Positions 38,900 to 52,075 are shown, counted from the stretch's first letter. The stretch is 64,000 nt of DNA from Camelus dromedarius (GCF_036321535.1 NC_087436.1:5456001-5520000); one strand, 5' to 3'. Numbers and translations are program-made. The notes: a model not told the origin generated them from the letters alone.

Positions 38900-40260
38900 G
38901 TTTGTTTATTAGAGCACTTTTAGATTCACAGCAGAATTGAGAGGAAGGTACAGAGATTCCCCATTCCCTTTGCCCCTTTAACAGCTTACCTCCTCATTAT
39001 CAGCTCCCCCACCAAATGATACATTTGTTACAGTCAGTGACCCCACGTTGTAATCACTCAAAGTCCATAGCTTGTATGAGGGTTCACTCTTGGTGTTGGA
39101 TGTTCTGTGGGTTTGGACAAATGTGTAAAGACATGAATCCATCATTATGATGTCATAGAGAGTATTTTCACTGCCCTAAAAGTCCTCTGTGCTCTGACTA
39201 TACAACTTCCAACCCGGCAGCTGCTGGTCTTTTTTATGGTCTCTGTGTTTTCACCTTTTCCAGAATGTCACTGTACTATACTGTGCACCCTTTTCAGATT
39301 GGCTTCTTTCTTTCTTTTTAAACTTTATCTTATTGAGTTATAGTCATTTTACAATGTTGTGTCAAATTCCAGTGTAGAGCACAATTTTTCAGTTACACAT
39401 GAACATATATATATTCATTGTCACATTCTCTTTTGCCGTGAGCCACCACAAGATCTTGTATATATTTCCCTGTGCTATACAGTATAATCTTGTTGATCTA
39501 TTCTACATTTTGAAATCCCAGTCTGTCCCTTCCCACCCCCCGCCCCCTTGGCAACCACAAGTTTGTGTTCTATGTCTATGAGTCTGTTTCTGTTTTGTAT
39601 TTATATTTTGTTTTTGTTTTTTTTTTTAAGATTCCACATATGAGCGAGCTCATATAGTATTTTTCTTTCTCTTTCTGGCTTACTTCTCTTAGAACAGATT
39701 GGCTTCTTTCACTTAGAAATACGCATTTCTGTTTCCTCCATGTCTTCTCCTGCCTTGATAGCTCATTTTGTTTTAGTGCTGCATAATGTTCCATTGTCTG
39801 CATGGACCACGCTTTACTGACCCATTCGCTCACTGAAGGACATCTTGGTTGCTTCCAAGTTTTGGCAATTATGCGTAAAGCTGCCGAAAACATTCATGAA
39901 CAGGTTTTTGTGTGGACATACGTCTTCAGCCGCTTTGGGGAGCTACCAAGGAGTGTGATTGCTGGAGCATGTAGTGCGAGTACGTTTCATTTCATAAGAA
40001 GCCACCAAACTGTCTTCTAAAGTGGCTGTACCATTTTCCTTTCTCACCAGCAGTGAATACGGGTTCCTCTTTCTTCACAACCTCCCCAGCATTTGGGATG
40101 TCAGTCTTCTGGAGTTCGGTCATTCTAATAGGTGTGCAGTGGTGTCCAATTTTTTTTTTTAAAGTTGCATTCCCTTGGTGACATATGATATGGAACATCT
40201 TTTCATATGTTTATTTGCCAACCATATATCTTCTTTGGTGAGGTGTCTGTTATAGTTTTT
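38900..40260 (-). mobile_element. Old L1 (L1MA/MB-like) 3' region, interrupted by a younger L1
   Basis: ORF 39576-39893(-) has KTWKQPRCPS..EW; collinear with the related copy at 58.4-59.4 kb. Confidence 0.85.
39311..39694 (-). mobile_element. Young 5'-truncated L1 with perfect 16-bp TSD
   Basis: cagattggcttctttc at 39295-39310 and 39695-39710. The body resembles 24290-24685. Confidence 0.92.
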
Positions 40261-42688
40261 GGCTCTCTCCTCTTTTTATTTCCCTCAAATAAACTTTTAA
40301 AAAATTTTAGAATAGGTTTAGATTTACAGAAGAACTGTCAAAATTAATATAGAGCTGTCAGTATGCTGCATCTGGTTTCCCCTGTTATTAACATCTTTCA
40401 CTAGTGTGGTGCATTTCTACTAGAGAACCAGTATTGATAGATTGTTATTAACTAGAATCTGTACTTTATTTAGCTTCCTTAGTTTTTACCTAATGTCCTT
40501 TTCTGTTCCAGAGCCCCGTTCAGGACGCACGCTCCATCTAGTCCTCACGTTTCCTTAGGCTCCTCTTGGCTGTGACAGCTTCTCAGACTTCCTTTGCTTT
40601 TCATGACTGCCAGTTTTAAGGAGTTCTGGTCAGGTATTTTGAAGAATGTCACTCCACTGGGATTGTTTTATGTCTTTGATTTTATTTATTTTTTCATTTT
40701 ATTTTTATTGAAGCATAGTTGATTTACAATGTTAGTTTCAGGTGTACAGCAAAGCGATTCAGTCATACATCTACATACATTTTTTTTTTCAGATTATTTC
40801 CTATTATAGGTTATTACAAGATACTGAGTATAGTTCCCTGTGCTATAAGTAGGTCCTTGTTTTTATTTATTTTGTGTGTAGTAGTGTGTATATGTTAATC
40901 TCCATTGCGATTTGTCTGATGTTTAGTCATGATTAGATTGCAGTTTTGAGTTTAGGGGAGGAAAAACACAGGCTTAAAGCCGACATTCTCATCACAGTGT
41001 ATTAGAAGTACACAGACTCCACATGGCATCACCTGGTTAAGAGTTCAAGGTTAAGAGTTTAACCTCACCCACCTGGCTCAGGTGGTGGTTGTCAGGTTTC
41101 TCCAGTGGCAAGGCCACTGCTTTCCCCTTTCCAAATGGTGCTCTTTGGAAGGAAGTCACCTCCCATGGCTCATACGAAGGAGGGGGAGTGAGACCCGAGG
41201 GTCTGTGCTGATTTTTGGACTTCTGCTTGGGAGGTTTGTCTGTCCTCTAGCATTTATTTATTCAGTCCGTTCGTTTTATTTACATCTTTATTGACTCATG
41301 GATTTTTATTTTATACTTTAGATTATAACCCAGTACGACTTTATTTTATTGCTCAAATCATTCTAGATTTGGCCACAGGGACCTCTTTCAGTTGGCTCCT
41401 GCGTCCCTTTGACATAGTTCCATCAGCTTTAAAGAAAAAAAATCTTCTCTTATCTCACTTTAGATGAGGATGACAGCATTTATTTCCATGAAAGAGGGAA
41501 CCACAGTTCAGGAACCGTCAGCATTGCAAACTTTGTGTGCATTTTTTAAGGGAAGGACACAGCTTTCATCATATTCTCAGTGGTGTCTGTAGTGCTAAAA
41601 CAGAGGTGAAGAATCACTGCCCTAGAGTAAAGAGGAGAGATAATACAACCTGCACATTTTATGCACAGCAGCTTTGAAATGGAACTGTGCTGTGTGGTCA
41701 CCAGAGGGTCATGTGAAAGTAAGAACGTTCTGCAGTTAATGGAAAACTGAGCTTCCTTCTTTGGAAAGAAATTTCTGGATTTTTCCTTTAGTGCTGGAAA
41801 ACATTACATCACACAGTTGTACAGCCCGGTCCATTCCGTGCATAACTTTGCATATTAGTAATGACATCAGTCCAAGTTCAGGCTAGTGAACAACAGAGGA
41901 CTGGTTGTAAAAAGTCTTTTGATATGAAACATTATTTTCCCTAGTCATTTGATCACTTTGCCTGAGTAGAGTAAGTTATTTTCTTAAATTAATATCATAT
42001 TTCCATGAAATAAATCCTGTTTTGTAGTAATACCGGAATTGTTGATAGATTTCTTGAAATGTAACAGAATGGCCCAGTCAGATGGATGAAACACTGGACT
42101 GAGATTCAGAATATGAAATCTCTAATAATGAGATGAGCATTAAGCATGTGACCTAATTAAAATCATTTAACTCTTCTTATTCCTGCTTATTTTGTATAAG
42201 TAATACTAGCCACTTTCCAAATTGTAAGGTTATATATAGTAGAGTGCAGACACAGGAAAATATGCCAAATGCAAATTGTTTCAGCTCTTTTGAAACAAGT
42301 GACTCAACTACTAGGCTTTTAAAACATACTTTAATGTGTAGAGATGACTGTCTTGTTAGTTTAGGATTGATCAATCTAAAAAAATGACTTATGTATCTTT
42401 TTTAGGTAGGAAAAAAAAAATCCCTGAATTCATGCATATGAATGTAAACTACATGAGCTTTCACTTAAATTTCAAAATATCTTTAAATTTGTAATAGAAA
42501 GAAAGGTGAAGTGTGATTAAATGTTCTCATTGGGTTGCCTGCAGCAGAGAGAGGCATGAAAGTGTGTATTTACACAAAGAAAAAGGGCTATTGCGTGTTT
42601 GACATGTTCCTTTTTTTTTAATTTCAAGAGATTTTTGTCAGCCAACACTGAGGTTTTGCTGTTAGTAACAAATAGATTTTTAAAATTC

Positions 42689-42830
42689 GGAGCGAGGGTA
42701 GAGCTCAGTGGTGGAACACATGGTTAGCATGCTTGAGGTCCTGCGTTCAATCCCCAGTGCCTGCATTAAACAAACAAACAAACAAACCTAATGACCTCCC
42801 CGCACCCAAAATAAAAAAAAAATAAAAAAT
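42689..42830 (+). mobile_element. tRNA-derived SINE (vic-1-like), sense orientation
   Basis: gagggtagagctcagtggtggaacacatggttagcatgcttgaggtcctgcgttcaatccccagtgcc followed by (aaac)n and cctaatgacctcccc. Confidence 0.88.
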
Positions 42831-43344
42831 CAAACTTGACTGTGGAGAGAAATCCAAGCATTTGGAGATGGCTAGAGGGAAGAGTGATGCTGATAAGTTA
42901 CAGAATGAGCAATCCAAGATTTTCCAGGACTAATGATTTTAAAAATTGATAAGACTAATGTAATGTCTTGTCTGTCTGTCCATCCATCACCTAATACAAT
43001 GTACAGTTGGTGGTAATAAGGAGATAGATAATTTTTCACCTCCAGCATGGCAGGCTTGTTATGAAATGATAACGAGGAACTGGGATTCCCAGGTTTCATT
43101 CCTGATTCTACCACCTTAGAATAATCTGTTAACCTTGCTGTGTCTCAGTTTCCATCTACCACGTCCTGGGTTTCTCCACTTACTCACCTCCTGCTCACTT
43201 TTCTCCCAGCCTGGTTTTTCTCTCTCTCCACTGAAAAACGGCTCTCCACGTGATTAACCTCTCTCCTGTTTAGCCAAGTGAGTGTTTGTGATGACGAGTG
43301 AAATTACGTAATGGACAAAGTGATTGATGTCCAGTATCTGTTCT

Positions 43345-43569
43345 CTACCAGAAGACTTATCTGAGCCAGTCACCATTGGTTCTCCCTCCTTGCTAGGGAT
43401 TGGTTTGGCAATAATGGCCAATGCTGGAAAGCTTCTGAGGGGAAAAACATTTTTTCTCCTACCAGAAGACTTATCTGAGCCAGTCACCATTGGTTCTCCC
43501 TCCTTGCTAGGGATTGGTTTGGCAATGGCCAATGCTGGAAAGCTTCTGAGGGGAAAAACATTTTTTCTC
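43345..43569. repeat. Two-copy tandem duplication (114 bp + 111 bp)
   Basis: Units 43345-43458 and 43459-43569 are identical except for an extra aat in the first. Confidence 0.97.
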
Positions 43570-44133
43570 CTAAAAGCACATCTCAGGAAGAAATGCTCCT
43601 CTTCCTTGGAAGTGTTGAGTGGAGCTGCCACCACTATCACACCTGAGGCTGTGTCCAGCTCAGAGGGCTGCACGTGGAAAGGGCAGGGGCAATGTGGATT
43701 CAATACTTTACAAGTGTAGAGAATTACAGAACTGTGGAAGCCATGATTCCATCAACAGTCACTGTGTATTTGGTCTAGTTGGTAATACACATGAGTATTT
43801 AACGCTAGACAAGAAATTCAGAAGCCATGATTTCCCCAGGACTCACAACTGTACATTTGGTCTAGTCTGTGTGGTAATACACATGCAGATATGAAAAGAA
43901 GCTACAAAATAATTGCCAAACAGTATATGTAAGAGTCTGTGTTTATCAGAGTAAGCCAGGATGATTGAGGCAAGATTTTAGAAGGGCAGTCTTCAAAGAG
44001 ACCTTGGGTTGAGCTCAGGATGATGGAGAGTAGGAGCTGCAGTCTTCCAGGAAGAGGGACTGATTCTGGAGGAAGAGAAAATTTGGAAGTGAGTTAAAAG
44101 GGCTAGAAAATGAGTGATTGGCACAGCTTACAC

Positions 44134-44688
44134 AGTAGGGGAGGGGAGGGTTTTCCCCCCTGTCCTTGGTACCTGGGTCTATGGAATATTCTGACAACAG
44201 TCATACTGACAGGATACAAGGTGCATACAGTTATTAATTTTTAATGTTTATGTACACGTGGGCAGGCATCATAGCAAAAAAAAAAAAGGGAGTACCAGAA
44301 AGAGTGGTGAGACTTGAGAGTTTGTACACCATCCTACTAGGAGGGAGATGGGTCTCCTAAGGCAGAGTGGATGGCTTGTAGGAAAGATGAATGGCCCTGG
44401 GAAGACTAGGTGGCGGAGGGGTGACAGTCTGTGATCGGTGTGTCTGGGTGTGGTGTCAATGTTGTCCTCTCCTGTGGTGACAGTGATGATCTTCCGTAGC
44501 TGATGGAACTTCCCGGGAGGGGATTTGAGACACTAGAAATCCTTTCGGAGGACCTGTCTTTAGGCAGAGAAAATGAGTTTAGAAAAAGCCTCTTCTGAAT
44601 TTGCTGTTTTTCAAGTACCTTGAGCTCAAAACAACCCTCATGCCCAAAAGGCATATATTGTGGGGTGGCATTTTTTTGTCTCCCTTCA
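44134..44688 (-). mobile_element. ERV1-class solo LTR
   Basis: ~550 bp from (a)gtaggggagggg to ...tcccttca, with gctcaaaacaaccctcatgccc.aaaggcatatattgtggggtggcat typical of antisense ERV1 LTR U3 ends. Confidence 0.7.
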
Positions 44689-46421
44689 CAGCCAGAAGGG
44701 AAAAAATCAAGCAGGAAAGTTCCCTATTACAGAAAGTATTAATGTTCTTTATGTTGCCTGGCCACTTCGCTTAGAAGAAATGTACTTCTGAAGGACTTTA
44801 GATGGAGACAAAATAATAGCACCTCTTAATCGATCCAATACAAGTGTATTTTGCAATCAATCAGTTCTGTTTTCCTCCCTTGAAAGAGAAAACTTGTCGA
44901 TGGGTTTGGACCCTAATTTCCACATCCAATTTTCCCACATAGCCGCGTTCTCTTTGGAGTTTTCTATCTTTCGATTGAGATGACAGTCAGCTCTAAGGAG
45001 GTTACAAGTTCCCCTGCAGTGAAATGGGAAAATCTCATTACCTGTCCCCAAGCCCTGAAGCTGAGATGTGGGAGCTGATAAGGCGGTGGAAATTACTTAA
45101 ATCTACTGACTCTCCTGCACCTTTGGGAGGTTTAACTAATTGGTTTTCATTTTTTCCCTCCAGTGTTTTGGATTCTGTCTGATAGCTACTTGAAAAGGTT
45201 GTATGTATTAATTCATAGTATTTTTAGATTTTTTTCATACACTTACTATCTGTCATGTTTCACCTGTAGAGGTTTTAGCTTATCAGCACATTGTATGGTA
45301 ATTAACACAGAACAGAATTGCCTGAGGGGTCAGAGCTGGGATTTCTGAGCAAAGCTGATCACATTACATTGTTTGCTTCATGTAAGTTAATGTCACTTAT
45401 GAAATTGAGGCATTTACCTTATCAGTAGAGAATAGACAGTGCTTGATGCTCCAAGTATAGCTTTAACCTTCCTTGTGATTGTCATGGATCTATTTTTGTA
45501 TAGGGAGAATGATCGTATGGTAAGACTTTATGGTGGAAAAACCAACCCAGACAAATGGTGAACAACAGAACAGTTTCCACTGGCTTCCAAGGAAGTGGTT
45601 TTTTTTTTTGTCATTGTTGTTTGTTTTGTTTTTTGTTTTTTTAAAGTGCTTTCAAGCAACTACCAATTTGGTCAAGATTCACTGTTCTAAGTTAATTAAA
45701 ATAGAAAAAATTTGGCAGTCTTTCTCTTTTTGACAGTTGACAGCCAATATGTTTATTCAAAGGAAAGGTAGTTGTATCTTACAGCTCTGTGTTTTCCCCG
45801 TGTAATTGGCCTGTTAACTGAGAAACTTCTTTTACCAAAACCTGCTCCCGCCACCAACATATTTGACTCTATGAGGAGACCAATCATGGTGCGTTTCTTG
45901 CTCAATATCATTTTGTAAGTGTCAGCATGACTGTTTTATGAATTCTTGGGCTGTCTCTGTGGTCATACCATCCTGCAGTATTTACACACTCCTTTACTTA
46001 GGCAAGTTAATATTATATATTGTTCAAAAATTACTTTTTGCTCTTTTTTTTCTTTTATTGTCTGCCCTGCCTTTGTGTTTATGTAGGTTTTGATTGCTTG
46101 TTGCTTCAGGACAAGTAAGATGTCTGCTTAATTGGATTTACAAGAAAGTAGCATGGACTGTTTAGAGCAGTGTTTTATGCATTTGGTAAAATTAAGTCCC
46201 CAAATCCTTTTTTGGTTTGTTTTTATTTATTTATTTATTTTTGATAAGTATCTTTGTGCTTCTGACAATGTTTACTACTTCTGATTGGGAAAACCATGCT
46301 GTAATTGTGGATTTGTCTCAAAAAGCGAGGTCTTTTCTCCAGTGAAAATTCCCCATTCCTGTTCCTCTCTATTTCTGGATTCTTACCAGGGTTTTGTTTT
46401 GTTTTGTTTTTTCTCTTACAG

Positions 46422-46528
46422 CCAGCAGTCAGCAGAGGACCTAGCCCGAGTGCCTGCCAACTCCACCAGCAATATCTTGAATAGGCTATTGGTCAGTTAT
46501 GATCCCCGAATAAGACCAAATTTCAAAG
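46422..46528 (+). CDS. GLRB: GLRB second coding exon (exon 3, 107 nt)
   Basis: Encodes (S)[35 protein letters not shown](G), including the N-glycosylation sequon NST and the Cys-loop receptor YDxRIRP motif. Acceptor ttctcttacag, donor AAG|gtttgt; phase matches the previous exon. Confidence 0.98.
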
Positions 46529-47773
46529 GTTTGTTTTCTCCACCCCCTGGATATCTTCATTCTTTGCAGTTTGAAAACTGATTTTATCTATATAAAATCA
46601 TTTATTTGTAATATTCAAAATAGTAATATTTTAAATTGACATATAACTGTCCTGTAATGTACTTAGCAACTTAATGCCAAAAATGTTGAAAGATAAGCAA
46701 AATATTATCTAATAGTTTTATGCAGTTCTCAGTTTAAACAAAAGGTGTATTTTGAATTAATAGGCTAACCTATGTGATGAGTTTTCTAAGTACTTTGTAT
46801 TCTTAACCTTAATAATTTAAAATTTAGGCTCTGGCTTTCATTCACGGACAGCAAAGTTGTACTTTGTAGGAGAATGGCCAGATACTCATTTGAGGATAGA
46901 GAAATATGCATTTAGATTCTTTTTTAACTTTCTGTTAGCTTTGCACATTGATTAAAAAATTCCTTCTACTCTCTAGCTGAAAAAAGATGGCCACATGGTT
47001 TTCAAAACACTTTGTGAATAAAAGTGACTATATTTTCAACAAGCTATTACCACTATCACACCTTAGAAGAACCAAAACTGTACTTACAGTAAGTCATAGG
47101 AGGACTGTATAGTTCCTTCCTTCCATCCTTCCTTCCTCCCTGCATTTCTTTCTTTCTTCCTTTCTTTCTCTTGATGAGTTAGGAAAAACTATATGAGAAT
47201 ATCTCTGGAAAACTGTAAGCTTTGCTGCTGGTATTAATAGACATTAAAGGACAGGTATTGATATAGATCAGAATAACATGTTTTACTTTATAGAATAAAA
47301 AAGAAAAAGAAATGACTGCAGCTGCTTCTAGTCAACTGAGGTTTACAACTGTGTTGTAAAAGCAGAGTTTTTGTTTCTTCCGAAACCTACCCAGTTACTT
47401 TCAGTAGTGTCGTGGTGGGGTTGTCACGTGTCTCCCATGTATTGATCCAACACCTGTTTTCCATCAGTCAGAGGTTATGTGGCTAAAAGGCTAAATTCAT
47501 GTTTTCCCTTTGTTAGACAACCAGCAGCCCACAATGAGTAAGAAAAAAAAAATCAGGAGAGAAATTTGCAACATTATACCTTAGTTCCTTTAAAATTATT
47601 TTCCAACAGGTCAGGCAAAAATCTTTATAATGATTCTGCTATCTCTCTGATTAGCTTTGCATTTTCGTGAATTAAGAATCAAAACAGTAATTGTAAGTAA
47701 GTTTATTAAATACTGCTTTACTTTTGAAAATAAAAATTTAAAATGATTATAAACATGCAGAAAAGGATTTTTT

Positions 47774-47960
47774 TTAACATTTTTTATTGATTTATAATCA
47801 TTTTACAATGTTGTGTCAAATTCCAGTGTAGAGCACAATTTTTCAGTTATACAATGTATACATATATATTCATTGTCACATTCCTTTCTCTGTGAGCTAC
47901 CATAAGATCTTGTATATATTTCCCTGTGCTATACAGGGTAATCTTGTTTATCTATTCTAA
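47774..47960 (-). mobile_element. Young short L1 3' fragment with 13-bp TSD
   Basis: aaaaggatttttt at 47761-47773 and 47961-47973, the second followed by aa (TTTT/AA endonuclease site). Confidence 0.9.
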
Positions 47961-48320
47961 AAAAGGATTTTTTAAATGATGTTTTTTAAAAGAATAATTT
48001 ACAATTTCTGAAAGTAAATTCATCAGCCCAATTAAAATAAAAACCTTTAAACGTACATATATTTTTCCAGAGTCTACAATTTAAGAGAGAAGTATTGCTG
48101 AATAAATAACACTGTAACATACAACATAACTCATTTTTCATTTGTATATTGATCCCTATTTAGAAAAATAAGTTAATAGCAATTTATGAACATGGTACAC
48201 TGAATCCATAAGTTTATAATTTTACACCCATGTGGATTGGAAAAAAATATAAAAATCTAAAGATTCTGAGCAGATTTTTTACAGCTACTAAATACATCCT
48301 TAATTTTTTTTTATCGCTAG

Positions 48321-48388
48321 GCATCCCTGTTGATGTTGTAGTCAACATTTTTATCAACAGTTTTGGATCTATTCAAGAAACAACAATG
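48321..48388 (+). CDS. GLRB: GLRB third coding exon (exon 4, 68 nt)
   Basis: Encodes (G)[22 protein letters not shown]. Acceptor ttttatcgctag, donor ATG|gtaaga (phase 0). Confidence 0.98.
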
Positions 48389-48723
48389 GTAAGACTGCAA
48401 TTAATTTAACATTTTTAAGTGTCAGAATTTTAACTATAGGATAGTGGAAGAAACTAAAACTGAAAAATAAGTAGTAACTCTAAGGAAAAATGCATATTTT
48501 CTCCTAGTAACCAAATTTCAGGCTTTTGTTAAATCAGTGTTTTCAATGCCTTCGCGATTTTGCAATTCAAATTTAGTCTTAATACTTCATTAAAACTTCC
48601 AGACTTGGGAGAATTAACATACTCACTCTGTACAGCTGATTGGATACCACCTGGGAAAAGGACTTAGTGAAGTATCTTTTTCTTTACATTTCAAGGTGAC
48701 TTTATATATTTTTAGGTTTTATT

Positions 48724-48830
48724 GGAGGGGGAGGTAATTAGATTTTATTTTTGAAAGCAGCACTGGGGATTGAACCCAGGACCTTGCGTGTGCATGCTAA
48801 GCATGCGCTCTACCTCTTGAGCTACACCCT
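48724..48830 (-). mobile_element. tRNA-derived SINE (vic-1-like)
   Basis: ggggaggtaattag...cactggggattgaacccaggaccttgcgtgtgcatgctaagcatgcgctctacctcttgagctacaccct. Confidence 0.9.
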
Positions 48831-50538
48831 CTACCCAGACAAGGATTTAGGCAATGAATATTCGGAGCAATATTTTTTCCTAATATGCGTATGTGTATGA
48901 GCATTTAAAAATATTTGAGTGTTCATAGTTCTTTTCCTTCCAGTTTCCTCAGAAGAATCTTTGCTTCCTCTGTTGTGATAATTTTGTGATGTGTAGAGTA
49001 GAGAATTGTGAAAAATCAAGTTTGATTTTCCTAAATTAGGGCTGCGGAGCATCCTGAAAAGATTATGTAACAGGGAGAAAGGGCCAGGAAAGGCCAAGAG
49101 GAGCCGGAGGGAGGGACTGTCAGGCTCTTGCCTTGAAAGGAACAGAAAAGAGAGGCTTGCGGAGGGGCTGTCCATGATGAGTTGGGCTTTAGGGACAAAG
49201 AAGAGTCCCGTCTGGGAAACATGATGAGTAGATTTCCTGAGCGATGTGTGATGTGATTACCACTCCACTTGTCAAAAGACATTCAGTAAAGTCTGCTTGG
49301 CATAATAGTGTTTAGAATATTAGATTTGTACCCTTTTTGAAAAGCCACGTGCTGGAATGATACTTCAGGTGGCTGAAAGAAGGCTTAAGGGTTTTCTTTC
49401 TTTTTTTTTTTTTTTTTTTTGATATTTTTAAAGTTTTTTTTTTTTTTTATATTTTTCTTAAGCAATAATATACAGTTTGGATTGAAAGTCTAATAGTAAT
49501 GGTTTGAGCACAGTATAGTTTATTGGGGACTATCTCAGACTAGAGAAAGAATGGTTTTAAATATTTATTCCTTTATTCCTAGTAGCAGCATAGTGTGTAA
49601 TAAAAGCAATCATATCTTGCATTTAAATTATGACTCCTATTTTTATATCTAATTGTGATGAGATTGTTGTTTGTTTTTTATAGAACCATTTATTTAGCAC
49701 CTGAATAATTGATTTTTTAAGAGAATACTGTTTTTTAAATTTGAAATCAAGTCCAAAATTCACTTGCAGTGACGTTTTAGTTCACCTGAATGACTGTATG
49801 TCTAGTATAGTATACATCACTAAAAGGCAGGTCTGAAATAAAATATAGATGACCACGTGGCACTCAGGAGACAAGGGTGGCACTCACTAATTGAGAATCT
49901 GATTTGTCTGTCTAAGTACTTCACTGAACAGGAGTGAGGGATGTCAGTTTCTGAAGGTGAGACTTTAAGGGGATCTGCTTCATCTCCATACTCTTCTCTG
50001 CACCCTGTTTTATCCTCCATGACGCCACCCCACTAACCCTAAAGCACCACAATCAAGCTGTTACAGCCGGTCGGAAACATCCTCGACTCTATCTTGCATT
50101 TTAGGACAACGAATGCAAGGATTTGTTTTCTCACTTTCATAAAGGCTACAGATGTGTCTCACTCTGTAAGTATCATTAATGTGTCTGTTCTCTAATAAAT
50201 ACTGAATAGCTTCCAAATATCAGACACTACACTTCTCTCCCATCAGTAGTTACTTGATGGAATGTTAGGAACAGGGTAAGAATTTCCTTACAGTTTATTT
50301 GAGGATTCTAATGAAATATTCCATAACTTTCCTCATAATCTTCTCCTGTTCTGTGCACTCTTCACGGTAGGGCGCCCAAAGCACCCAGTGCTGGGACTGG
50401 ATTCGACCAGTTTTCAGCAGAGTTTCTGCCTCCGCTACTTAACTTCCTATCTGCATCTCTTATCCTCGAATCAGTCTTTCACTTCTTTGTGCTCCTCTGA
50501 CTCACTCTGTGCCCTCTTTCATTTTATTTTTATTTTTT

Positions 50539-50659
50539 GGGAGGGGGTTAATCAAATTTACTTATTTATTTATATTTTTTAGAGGAGGTACTGGGGATTG
50601 AACGCGGGACCTCGTGCATGCTAAGCACATGCTTTGCCATTTGAGCTATACCCTCCCCT
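50539..50659 (-). mobile_element. tRNA-derived SINE (vic-1-like)
   Basis: ggaggtactggggattgaacgcgggacctcgtgcatgctaagcacatgct...gagctataccctcccc. Confidence 0.9.
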
Positions 50660-51574
50660 CTGTACCCTCTTTCCAGTCCAGGCCTTTCGTCTCTGTCATT
50701 TGTTGGTTAAATCTGATGGCTTCTTTACTGTAACTAAACTAACTTTGTGTGTCTTCCTTTTATTCTCTGATGGACTGTAAACCTCTCAAAGTCAGGAATA
50801 ATGTATCCTTCTTCTTCATTTTCCATAAAGTACAGAAGACAGTAGGTCCTCAATTAGTGAACACTATTAACTGATACTGATTAAACAAATGAACAAATAA
50901 ATTCTGCTGTTTTCCCAGCGAAAAGTGAGTCAAGCTAGCTGTAAGAAAATTGGCAGAGGAAATTTAGACAACAGACTCACGTGGACCGTTTATTTGGTTA
51001 AATAACAGAGTAAATAATGTTATTATTGTAGAATGTTTATTTTGTCAGTTTTAGAGACCTTTATGCAGAGGAGCCAAATTATTGATACTTGTGATTTCTT
51101 TTGATGAATAACCTGCCTTTCAGTCTGTGTTGTGCAGATACAGCCTGAAGTTTCAGAATCGGAGCCATATTCATCAAATAGATGAAATAATCTACTTTAT
51201 CATAATTACTATATTTTGCTTTTGGCAATGCTAATTTCATACATCCCTATGAGACAGAGTTTATAGGTGTGTCTTTTGAGGCTGTCATATTTTATAGATT
51301 TGCTCTGTCTTTCCAAACACAAATGCCCTAATAACTTGGTGCTTATTAGTTGGGAATGGTACAAGCTATCGTAGGTGAAGAGATAACATTAAGATGTTTT
51401 CTAAGGGAAAAAAGAATGTATCTAAGACAGAACTTTTTCCCCGTTACCTGTGAAACACGGGTCAGGAATGTTAGTGATGACTCAGGAAGGTAACTAAACA
51501 GGTATACGTGTGTGGATAGGAGTTTTATTATGAGACGGTATTTCCTTCTTTGTTCTTCCATTCACCCACTTGAT

Positions 51575-52075
51575 TATTTTTATTTTAGCTTTATTGAGGT
51601 GTAATTGACAAAGGAAATTGTAAGCTATTTAAAGTGTATGTGATGATTTGATAGGATTTCTCCCATGAAGTTAATTAACATGTCCATCACCTCATGTTTA
51701 TCTTTTTTTTTTTTTGTGATGAGAACATTTAAGTTCTACTCTCTTAGCAAATTTCAGTTAAACAATATATTATCAGCTAGAGTCACCGTGTAATACATGA
51801 GAACCTGAGACCTTCATCTTGCAACTGGAAGTTTGTACCTGTTATCAAACTCTCCCCATTCTCCGCCCCCCACCAAGTCCCTGGCAATCACTTTCCTACT
51901 CTCTGTTTCTGTGGATTAGACTTTTTATTTTTTAAGATTCAACATATAAGTGATACTCTGAATATTGGTCTTTCTCTGTCTGGTTTATTTTATGTAGCAT
52001 AATGCTCTCCTGGTTCATCCATATTGTTGCAAATGATAGTATTTTTGTCTTTTTTAAGGCTGAATAATATTCCAC

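Noticed and set aside
43254..43719. Repeat-containing ORFs (149 and 131 aa) or a CRISPR-like array
   Set aside because: Explained by a two-copy tandem duplication with unit lengths divisible by 3. There are no spacers, and the context is eukaryotic.
46418..46430. Tandem alternative acceptors (ag C CAG CAG) at exon 3
   Set aside because: The downstream AGs would remove 4 or 7 nt and frameshift; not an in-frame NAGNAG.
46285..46581. 98-aa ORF as a stand-alone gene
   Set aside because: It is GLRB exon 3 read through its flanking intron sequence.
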